From positions 57,660,001 through 57,724,000 of the forward strand of contig CM075981.1 in the NCBI GenBank assembly GCA_038087875.1: a DNA stretch of 64,000 nt, in the 5' to 3' direction. The notes under the pieces are model-generated. The model had not been told where the DNA came from and made no database searches. It was given only the letters and a program-made list of their open reading frames with translations. Source of the DNA: Malacoraja senta. Lineage: Eukaryota. Positions 25,801 through 37,800 of this stretch are shown here, piece after piece. A program made the position numbers and the translations under genes. Numbering within the stretch: the first letter of the stretch is position 1; each line of letters opens with the position of its first letter.

Positions 25801-28800
25801 TCCTCCATTGTCAGAGTGAGGCTGAATGCAAATTGGAGGAACAGCATCTCATATTTCGCTTGGGCAGCTTACAGCCCAGTGGTATGAATATTGATTTCTC
25901 TCACTTCAGGTAGCCCCGGCATTCCCTTTCTCTCTATCCCTCCCAAACTCAAGTCGCACAGGCTTCTCATTTTCACCCTACAAACAGCTAACAATGGCCT
26001 GTTTCCTTTATCATCGTTACTTGTTTGCATATCTTTCATTCATTGTTCTTTATCTCTCCACATCACCGTCTATATCTCTTGTTTCCCTTATCCCTAACCA
26101 GTGAAGAAGGGTCTCGACCCAATATGTCAGCTATTTTTTCTCTCCAGAGATACTGAGTTACTCTCCCGCTGAGTTATTCCAGAGTCTATCTTCAGTTTAA
26201 ACCAGCATCTGCAGTTCAATAGATAATAGACAATAGTGCAGGAGTAGGCCATTGGGCCCTTTGAGCCAGCACCATCATTCAATGTGATCATGGTTGATCA
26301 TCCCCAATCAGTACCCCATTCCTGCCTTCTCCCCATATCCCCTGACTCCGCTATCTTTAAGAGCCCTATCAAGCTCTCTCTTGAAAGTATCCAGAGAACC
26401 GGCCTCCACCGCCCTCTGAGGCAGAGAATTCCACAGACTCACAACTCTCTGTGAGAATAAGTGTTTCCTCGTATCCGTTCTAAATGGCTTACCCCTTATT
26501 GCTGCTTACACAAGGAGCAAGGGAAGACTGATGAATTATACAATATTTATTTCAATGACATAGGCCTGACCGTTAAGACAGATGAACTCAGGGCATGGAT
26601 AGGTAATGGGACTGGAACATAATTTGGCTGAAGGAGGAACAGGACTGGCTGCTCATATTTCTGGGGTACAAATGCTTCAGAAGATATAGAGTGGAGTTAA
26701 GAGGAGGGTGCTCCGTTTTTTGATTAGGGAAGACATCATGGTGGTACTTAAAGGATTATTCCTTGGGGATCTTCTAGTGGGGCTATATTGAGAAATAAGA
26801 ATGGGGTGATCACTTTGATGGGATTGTACTATAAGCCCCTCAGAGGAGTTAGAGGTACATATATATAAGGAGATCATGGGTGGTTGCAAGAACGAAAGGG
26901 TGTAATAGTAGAGGCTTTTAACTTTCCAAATATTGACTGGCACGGCCATAGTTCTTTGATGGGATTGAGATTGTGCTCAGGAATATTTTCCCAATCAAAA
27001 TGAAGATTGGCCTATTGGAGAAGGGACAAATTTCGACCTCTTCTTGAAAATTAAGGCAGGGCAGATGACTGAACTATTAGTAGTCAAGTCAAGTCAAGTC
27101 ACATTTATTTATATAGCACATTTAAAAAACAACTCTCGTTGGCCAAAGTGCTTTACATTTGTTATAAGAATAGTACAAACAAAACAAACTACATACATAT
27201 ATACATGTAGCCCTCACTCAGAGGACGTCAGGAAAGGCTTGGGAGTATAGATAAGTCTTTAGTCTTGACTTAAAAGAGTCGATGGAGGGGGCAGTTCTGA
27301 TGGGAAAGGGGATGCTGTTCCACAGTCTAGGGGCTGCAACCGCAAAGGCGCGGTCGCCCCTGAGCTTATGCCTAGACCGCGGGATATTCAGCAACCCCAA
27401 GTCGGCCGATCTGAGGGGCCTGGGGGTGGAGTGGTGGGTGAGAAGACTTTTTATGTAGGTGGGGGCAAGCCCATTTGGGCTTTGTAGACATGGAGGGGAG
27501 CAATTTGGGACCAGTGACCATAATGCTATTAATTATGGACAATTATAGGACTGATCCATATGTTAAAGTCCTAAAGTGGAGTAGGCCGATTTTGATGGTA
27601 TTAGACAGGAGCTTTCAAAAGTTACAGGTAAAGGGATGTCTGGCAAATGGGATGCTTTTAAAAGTAACATAGTAAGAGCTCAGGGCTAACATGTTACAGA
27701 AGACTGAAGGGGAAGGCTGGACAGAGTAGGAAATCAGATGACAAGGGATATAGGGGCCCTGATCAAGAAAAAGGCATATGCCAGATATAGGCAGATGGGA
27801 TCAAGTGAATCCCTTGAGGAGTATAGAGGGTGTAGGAGTACACTTAAGAGGGAAATCAGGAAGGAAAAAAGTGATCATGAGATAGCTATGGTAAAGGATT
27901 TTCCAAGGAGGTTCTACAAGTATATTAAGGGCAAAAGAGTAACTAGGGTGTGAATTGGGCTCCATAAGATCAGCAAGATTGTCGCTTTATGGGACATTAA
28001 GCTCAACCATGGTTCAAATTTTATTTTCAAAATTATTTTACTGTCTCTTACAACTGAGATTGAACACAGCTGAATGAGACGCATCCTCACTCCAACCAGC
28101 TTCACTATCAAATAAATATATGCTGTCCTTGTATGATGGCAAAGGCATGGAATTCAGGAACAAAGTTTGATTTAGTTTAGAGATACTGCGCGGAAACAGG
28201 CCCTTTCGGCCCATTGGGTCCGCGCCGACCAGCGATCCCCGCACATTAACACTCTCCTATACCCACTAGGGACATTTTTTTTTACATTTACCAAGTAACC
28301 TACAAACCTGTACATCTTTGGAGTGTGGGAGGAAACCGAAGATCTCGGAGAAAATCCACGGGGAGAACGTACAAGACATATCATGTAGTACAAACTCCGT
28401 ACAGAGTTCTTTCCAAATTATGTCTGGTATAATGTTGTGAGACTGAAGTAAATTTCATTTGCTATTTCCAAAAATGTAAACAATCTGTTTTTTAAATGTT
28501 CACGGGCAGGAATAATGTTACTAGTTATTTGTAATTTCCCCGAAAGTCTTGCCTGAGGCAAACTGTTCCTGGTAGACCGCGATGTACGGCAAGTAGTTTA
28601 TTTTTGCTATTGGTTGTGGATGATAATGTTTTTTCTTAATTCTAAATTTCCTAGATTTTATCCAAGTATCCAATAACGACCTTCTGTTCGCCACCTACTG
28701 CATATCGTATGCTTGTACAGAGTGATGTCAGCAAGTACCGCAGTTTATTGCATATTTTCTCCCCTAACATTGGTCCTTTTTAATTAACCGATTACTACAT

Positions 28801-31800
28801 TGTTACAAATAGTTTTATTTTCTTTAAAATAAAAATTTACTGATGTAGTACGATACACAAATATACGATTTGACTAGATTCCAGTCCGAAGAAGGGTCCC
28901 GACCTGAAACGTCAACCATCTTTTTCTCCAGAGATGCTGCCTAATCCACTGAGTTAATCCAGCACTTTGTGATTATCTTTAACACATAAATAGAGTTTTT
29001 CACTGCATTCGATATACACATGAAAATAATTCACCGATACCTATACCATTTTTGCACACAAGTAAATGATTAACCTAAAGTAATGTTGTAAGAAACATTT
29101 CTAGCACATTCTTCAAAAAGCAAATTAAAAAACAGCAGATGCTGAAATCAGAAATAGAATTTGTGGGCGACACATTAGCAAAGTGGTAGAGTTGCTATCT
29201 TACAGCGCCAGAGACCCAGGTTCGATCCTGACTACGGGTGGTGACTGTACAGGGTTTGCACGTTCTCCCTGTGACTGCGTGGATTTTCTCCGGGTATCCA
29301 TTTTCCGCCCATTTTCTAAAGGGGCGCAGGTTTGTAGGTTAATTGGCTTGTATAAATTGTCCCTATTGTGTAGGATAGAAGTAGGGGTAATCATTGGTTG
29401 ACACAGTTTTAATTCCACTGAAATTATAATTTCAGTTCACAAGTATTTTTCTTTAACTCCGACTCTGAACTCAATTTATCTTTATGGTCATTTGGGGGAG
29501 ATGCGTCCAATTTAAATGATCTATCTACACTTTCTTGCAAACTGCAGGATTTCCCCCAACAGGCATCCCTTTTCATATTACAAAAGTAACCTTTGTGATA
29601 ACCGATTGATGTTATGTGCCTCCATCATGATTGTACCACTTGTTTCAAAACATCCAGTTTAAGTCCATTAAAGTCGATTCAAGTAGTCCTTATTGGCAAT
29701 TTTTACAGATAAGTTGTTTTGAGGAAAAAAATTGTTTTTCAGCAACTTGAAAAGTTCTTATTTTAATAAAACTTCATATGTTGAACTTTTATGGATAGTC
29801 GCGCCCATGCAAGCAGATGAGTAATTTAAATCCCGAGGTTAGTTTTGTTTGTGTCACCGTGCGAATGGCTTCTTTTGCAGCTTCTTCAACTATCAGTTTT
29901 TAACATTTTTCAGAAATCCTGTGCATCCTTATTACAGGCAGGGATAAAAACTCAGATCAATTTTTTTATCTATGTTTGATAGCCAGACAATAAATGCATT
30001 GTTTAGAGGATTATAGCTACCACAATGTTCATAATTTACCAAAAGTAAAAAATCATGGATTTATTCTATTTACCTTGCATGGTATATTCAAAACTAATTT
30101 AAAGAGGCAATAAGACTGTTAAAAATTCTGCACCACTTGACCTGATGATCTTTTTTAAATTTAGGTACAGATTCCCAAATCTCCAGCACTGTGTGAGTGC
30201 TGGTGAACCCATTAACCCAGAGGTGATGGAGAAGTGGAAAGAGCAGACTGGTTTAGACATCTATGAAGGATATGGTCAGACAGAAACTGTACGTGTTTAA
30301 CTTGAACAATATTGGGGTTTTTAAAGAAGGGGCGAGTTCTATAATCTAGGAAGGCAATCATTTTGTCATAGTAAACAGTGTATGACATGTGATAATTCTG
30401 AAGGGCTAATATATTTTACAGCTTCTTAACCATAGCTTTCCATCCTCCTCACGAGTTTCGCCAATGTTTTTTTAAACAGATATGAGGTTGATGATTGCAT
30501 TTTGGTTAAGGTTGAAATTATTGGTTCATATATCCTACTGTTTTCCCCATTCTCTGACAAACCAAATATATCCAGATTCCCTTCAATTTCAAATCCATTA
30601 ATATCTCACTCTTCACCCTTCAATAAAAACCTTTATCTTGTCTGTTATTGTGGTGCATTGTTGTTATCAAAACCCTGTCTATCTTTAACACAATTTCACA
30701 ATGGATTTTCTCCATTTAAATTTCCAAACCTGCCACAGCACTGACATGCTCCAAGTGAAATCTACAAACAAAATGTTGATACTATAGCCATAACACATTA
30801 TCCTCCCTTGTCCATTTAAACTTTTCAGAAGACTTCAGCATGGTTAACTCCACAATCCTTCCTCATCTCAAGATAAAAGCTAAATAAATTCATATTGAAA
30901 TACATTGGAAGTGACAGTTTAGCATCAATAATGGGTAGTTCTATTCTGTAGAACCAAGCAGTATATCCCCAAATATAATATTTTTCTACAATTCCTAGAG
31001 TCTGATTAATGGCACTTCAGATTGATTGGCATATTTGAAACAATGTAAGCAAATGTATTTTGGGATCAGTGAAAAACCTCCCACTGATAGTTAATGTCAC
31101 AGTCCCTTGCCTTTATTTATTCTTATTCAAACATTGGATTGTTAACACTTTGATATTATTTTTATTCATTGTAGGTCTTGATCTGTGGCACTTTCAAAGG
31201 GATGAAAATTAAACCTGGTTCAATGGGGAAGCCATCACCAGCATTTAATGTACAGGTAAACAGTGTTTTAAATGTTCCTTCAATCATCACTATAGATTTA
31301 AATTCTAAGCTGCAGTGACATTTTCTCATCAAAGTTTTAACTGGCATTGAAACCAGATTTTACTGTAGCTTGCAAAGTTTAGATATGTTTTATTCATTAT
31401 TCCTTAGAGTATCAGCATGGATAGGGAGGACTTCTGGATCTGGTTCTGTGTTGTATTACTCTATGACTTTATTATGTCTGCTTCTTGGAGGAAACTAAAA
31501 AGGACATGGTTTCACTTCAGCAAGAAAATAAAAACCAGGTCACAATCTGGAAGTACATTTTGCAATCGCATCGATATGTTCGACTGGACCCATTATAATG
31601 TCCAAAGTACCTCTTGCATCACACATTCTCCCTTTGACTGCTTGGGTCTTCTCTGGGTGCTCCAGTTCCTCTCACATTCCAAAGACATATAAATTTGTAG
31701 GTTAATTGGCTTCTGTTAAATGTCCCCATTGTGCAGGATAGATCTAGTGTTCTAGTGTAGTAGGATAGATTGTTGGTCGACGTGGGCCAAAGGGCCTCTT

Positions 31801-34800
31801 TCCACCCTGTATACCTAAAACTAAAACCTGCCTTGACAGGTGAATAGAGTGTACTAGGGGAGGAGAGGACACACATGTTCCAATGTATTCCAATTTGAAC
31901 TTACCTCAGTGTGATATGAAGAAGATAGTCCACCCCAAACGAATGGGGATCCATTATACATTATCAGAGCAAAGTACCTTGTTGTCTTTGCAATGCTAAT
32001 TTAATATGAAACAAGAGAAATCTCATATGTTGCCATATGGAAGCAGAGTTCATAAAAAAAGCCAAGGTAAATTATATTTTTGAAATTTCTGTCCGTATTC
32101 ACTGGACAATAATAGTTAGACCATATCAAAACACAGCAATGCTTTACAGTAGTTTGTACTATTGAAAGATGAAACAAATTATATTTTATTGATAGTCCCC
32201 CTAGTCCTTACCTTCTACCTCATCAGCCATTGCATACAACACATAATCCTCCGAAAATTCCGCCACCTCCAATGGGATCCCACCACTAGGCACGTTTTTC
32301 CCATCTCCACCCCTTTCCGCCTTCTGCAGAGACCGTTCCATCCGCAACTCCCTGGGTGACTCATCCCTTCCCACCCAAACCACCTCCTCAGAAAATGCCT
32401 GTCGCTATACCTCCTCCCTTAACTCTGTCCAGGGACCGCAACAGTCCTTTCAGGTTAGCCAGAGGTTCACTTGCATCTCCTCCAACCTCATCTACTGTAT
32501 CCATTGTTCAAGATGTGAAATCTTATACATCGGCGAGACCAAACGCAGACTGGGCGATCGTTTCGCGGAAGACCTTCGTTCAGCCCGCGTGAACCAACCT
32601 GATCTCCCAGTTGCTGGACACTTTAATTCTCCTTCCCACTCCTACACAGACCTTTCTGTCCTCGGTCTCCTCCATTGTCAGAGTGAGGCTAAACGCAAAT
32701 TGAAGGAACAGCATCTCATATTTCACTTGGGCAGCTTACAGCCCAGTGGTATGAATATCGATTTCTCTCACTTCAGGTAGACCCGACATTCCCCATCTTT
32801 CTATCCCTCCCCACCCAAGTCGCACTAGCTTCTCATTTTCACCCTACAAACAGCTTACAATGGCCTGTTTCCTTTATCATCGTTACTTTTTTGCACATCT
32901 TTCATTCATTGTTCTTTATCTTCCCACATCACCGTCTATATCTCTCGTTACCCTTATCCCTAACCAGTCTGAAGAAGGGCCTCGACCCGAAACGTCACCC
33001 ATTCCTTCTCTCCAGAGATGCAGCCTGTCCCTCTGAGTTACTCCAGCTTGTTGTGTCTATCTCCGGTTTAAACCAGCATCTGCAGTTCCCACTTACATAT
33101 TTTGTTGTGACTTCCGCTAGTGGCTATTTCTGTTCCAACCACGTTTTTTTTTAGAATTATTATTATTGTTGTTTCAGGTTATAGATGAGAAATGCAATGT
33201 GCTTCCTCCTGGAGTGGAGGGTGAAATTGCCATTTCCGTGAAGCCAACCAGACCCCTGAACATTTTCTCTGAATACATTGTACGGTAATCCTTATCCAAG
33301 TATTAGTTTAAATATTTCCAAATCGTCCCAATAGTGTTATTTACTCTACCATGCCCTTTATTGCTTGATGAATGCAAAATATTTTGATTTAGTGAAGATG
33401 CCAAAATAATGGTAAATTATGCAGTGGAACTATGGTGACATTTACTCGACTTACTGAACTTGAAATCCTTGAGTGCAGGAATGTAGCCCATTCCAGTTTC
33501 CATTTTGAAATGACAGATTGAAGGCTATCAACAGACCAACCTATCTTTCTTGACATAGCAATATATAATGTTGTCCATTGCGCCACAGATCAGATAAAAA
33601 CAAAGATGTGTGTATTTAGCATTTGCCTATGTGACCTCAGGAGAACTTATGCTAACATAGAGTTATCAACCTATAAAAGTGCCACCATAAAGTCAGAGAG
33701 CTATTCTTCAGCCCAACCCGTTGATGACAATCAAATAACCTAACCAAACTAGTTCCACTTGTCTGTGCTTTCCCCACCAAACCTTTCCTATGCATGCAGC
33801 TGTCTCTACCATTTCTTCCGGCAGCTCAATCCACCTAAGCACCACCCTCTGTGTGAAAAGGTTGTCCTTCACGTCACTTTTAAATCTTTCCTCTCTCACC
33901 TTAAGCATATGCCCTCTTAGTTTTTAAATTTCTCTACCCTGAATAAAAGACTGTGACTATTCACCTTATCTATGTCCCTCATGATTTTATATGCCACTGT
34001 AAAGTCAGCCCTCAGCCTCCTGTGCTCCAGCGAAAAATTACCCAGTATACCCAGCCTCTCCTTATAAATCCTCAAAACTTTTTTGTACCCTTTCCAGTTA
34101 AATACATCTTTCCTGTCGCAGGGTGACCAGAATTATACATAGTACTCCAAATGTGACATGTTACAGTTGTAACATGATGTCCCAACTCCTGTACTCAATT
34201 CCCTGACCGATTCAGGAAAGCGTGCCAAATGCCTTTCTTATGTGCCTTAATGTGTTTTAAGACCTTCAGCACCTCCTCTTCTGTAATGTAGACTCTCTTC
34301 AAGACATCACTATTAACTCCCCAACATTTGACAAAATGGACTCATGAAAGATATATCTTATTCATACAAGTCTGAGTATCTTCAAATCTTACCCCTTGAA
34401 TAACATCACCACAGGATAAGCCTATTTTTTTACATTCTGTTTGAATGAGAATATCATAAACGATGTTAAAAAGAACATTGCAGTAAATGATAGTTTTGAT
34501 ATAATACCATTGTATATTAATTTTTGTTTAAACTCAAACTTAAATAGTTTTAGTATTTTTAATTTGTTTTCTAGTATCTACTCAGCACTGTCTTATGCAT
34601 GCATTTTCCCCTTAAAGGGCCTGTCCCACTTAGGCTATTTTTAGGTGACTAGGCTGTCGCCACATGGTCGCCAGGGTGTCGCCTGTATGGTCGTGAGTAG
34701 TCTCCTCAGTCGCCCAGAGTCGTAGCATTTTTCTGGTCGCTGCTGGATTTTCAACATGTTGAAAATTTTTCGGAGACAGCCGGCGACAGTGGGTTTGCAG

Positions 34801-37800
34801 CCAATGAGTTTGATGCCAATGAGCGTAGCTTGACTTCTCCTGACTTTGGTGCTGTCGTAGTTGTCGCCAGGTTAACGTAGGTTGTCGCCATTTTTTTTGG
34901 CGACCTGCTACGACTATGAGTCGCCGGCAGTCGTTTTAAAATAGCCTGTGGGACAGGCCCTTAAGTTATAATTACCCTATATTTAGAATAATAAAATGAA
35001 AGGGACTTTTTCAAAAACAGCCAAAATATTATTTTAAGTAATTATTGTATTGCTTTTGAATCTTTGAACTACTTTATTTATATGTTGCTAGGATGAGCCA
35101 AAACAAACTGCAGCAACCCTTCGAGGAGACTATTATTTGACTGGAGACCGAGGTCAAGTGGATGAGGATGGATACATTTGGTTTATGGGAAGAGCAGATG
35201 ACATAATGTTATCATCTGGGTACAGTTATTTAATTATCTAATCTAATTTACTCGGTTTCACCGTTCGAGATGTAGCAATTGTATTTTAATTCTTAGGAGC
35301 TTGTTACTTTACAAAATATTCTAAAAAGTTCTTAAATGTTTAACTACAAGTTCCACACAAGATTAATCACACTGACCAAAGATCTTAATTTCCATATCTG
35401 CACACGTCAACCATTTTATAATAGAAAATGTGATTAGCCATGTTTTGTTTAAGTTAGTCAGATCAATGAAATAACTAGTCATATATTTGTGGAAAGGTAG
35501 TGAGGAAAAAAAAACTGAAAATAGTTTACACTAAGTGGGTTGAGAACATGGGCAATTAAGTTATCATGCATTGGAGAAGCTAAACTGGAGCTAAAGTGAA
35601 CTGAAACATGGATGTGATTTTCCCATTATATTCCCATTAACAAAGTATGTAATAAAAACATGTACCATAAAATAACAAAATCGCTGGAAAGATAATCAGG
35701 TGATCATTGGTAGTCAATTTTATAAGCATTAAATCAAATTTAGATCAGAAACATAAGTTGAAGGAATTTTGTTAATTCAATGTGTAATGTTAGAAATTTA
35801 ATCATCAATAGAAATTTTGCAGCTTTCAGGTTTCCTGGAAGAGACCATTACAGCAAAGCAACCTACAGGTTTAAGAGAAAATCACCTGTTTATTCTTTTA
35901 GTTGGAGAAAGTAAAATAGAATACCTAGAGAAATCTTTATTCAAAATTAGATACTATTTCAATGTGCAATAAATAGTGAAATATTATTTACCTTTAAACT
36001 TAAGGTACCGCATCGGACCATTTGAAGTAGAAAATGCTTTAATAGAACATCCAGCAGTGGTAGAGTCAGCTGTGGTTAGCAGTCCTGATCCCATTAGAGG
36101 AGAGGTATGTTTTAAAATCTACACACGTTTGCTATAAACAATGTGCTGGAGGAACTCAACGGGTCAGATAGCTTCTGAGAAGGGAATGGACAGGCAAAGT
36201 ATGGGTCGGAACCCTTCTTTAGATGGATGTTGAAATTCGTGTGGAATGGACAGACGATCTAAAACATTCTGTCCACACATTCTGTTTGATCCATTGTGTT
36301 CTATCAGCACTGGGGTTTTTTTGCTCAAGATTCCAGCATCTGCAGTCTCTGGTGTTTCTGCTCTTTCATCAACAACCCATAAATTTAGTAATGCTGAAAT
36401 CCATCAACAAAGTGGTAGCAAGACTATTATAAATGTATAATACAATCAAGTAGAGTTGACGTGGGTATATGTAAAGGAAATAGAAGATGACAAATTTTCT
36501 GGAATATTTTTTTCCAAGGATGTAATAAGGAGAGGGAAACCAGTAGATGTAAGAAGGTTGGTTTCTGTAAGGTGGCACATATAAGGTTATGGTGTAAGAT
36601 AAGTGTTCAGTGAAGGTAATGACCAGAGGATTAGCTTTCCAACAGAAACTAGAGAGTAAAGGGACAAACAAGTTATTTTCCAATTGCCAAGCTTCAACTG
36701 ATCGGTCACAGGGATCAAAGCTGAAGTCAGCTATTTACAATCCATATTATTTACTTAAATGAAGGAACAAAGTATATTGTAGCCACATTTGAAGACAATA
36801 CAAATATGTGGGAAAGCAAGTTCTGAGTACAGCACTAGGAGACTGGAAAGGGATGTGGAAAGATTGGATCGACAAAGATTTGCAAATAATGTGCGGAAAT
36901 TGATGTTATAGAAAAACTGAATATTGTTTGAAAGGAGAAAAACTAATGCTGCAGAACAGGGATCTGCCTGTACATGTATGTTAGATTAGGAAAGGTTGCA
37001 GATAATTAGGAATTTACTGCAAACAAGATGGAGATGAAATGTAGAGAAGTTTTCCTTCAACAGTACAGCACAATGGTGTGACCACACCAGGAGTATTGTG
37101 TACTTGGAGTGAAGCCGACCAGAGAAAAGGCAATTTTGGATTTAGTGTTGTCCAATGAACCAGATATGATAAGAGAACTCGAGGTAAAGGAGGTAGTGAT
37201 CATAATATGATTAGTTTTAATCTGCAATTTGAGAAGGAGAAGGTTAAATCGGAAGTGTCAGTGATGCAGTTGAACAAAGGGGACTATGAAGGCATGAGAG
37301 GGGAGCTGGCCAAGGTAGACTGGAAAGGGATCCTATCAGGAATGACGGTGGAACAGCAATGGCAGGAATTTCTGGGCATAATCCGGAAGACGCAGGATCA
37401 TTTCATTCCAAAAAGGAAGAAAGATTCTAAGGGGAGTAGGAGGCAACCGTGGCTGACAAGCGAAGTTAGGGATAGAATAAAACTAAAAGAAAAGATGTAT
37501 AACACAGCAAAGAGTAGCCGGAAGCCAGAGGATTGGGAAACTTTCATAGGACAACAGAAGGAAACAAAACGGACAATACGGGCTGAAAAGATGAAGTACG
37601 AAGGGAAGCTGGCCAGGAATATAAAGAAGGACAGTAAAAGCTTCTTTAGATATGTTAAGGGGAAAAGAGTAGCAAAGTCAAATGTGGGTCCGTTGAAGGC
37701 AGACACGGGTGAAATTATTATGGGCAACAAAGAAATGGCAGAAGTTGAATAGGTACTTCGGATCTGTCTTCACTAAGGAAGACACAAACAATCTCCCAGA

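Noticed and set aside
29165-29240. tRNA genes at A-box/B-box motifs (also 6374, 19396, 58745, 62950)
   Set aside because: Each runs directly into the V-domain and CR1-like tail of a SINE; no acceptor stem or full cloverleaf.
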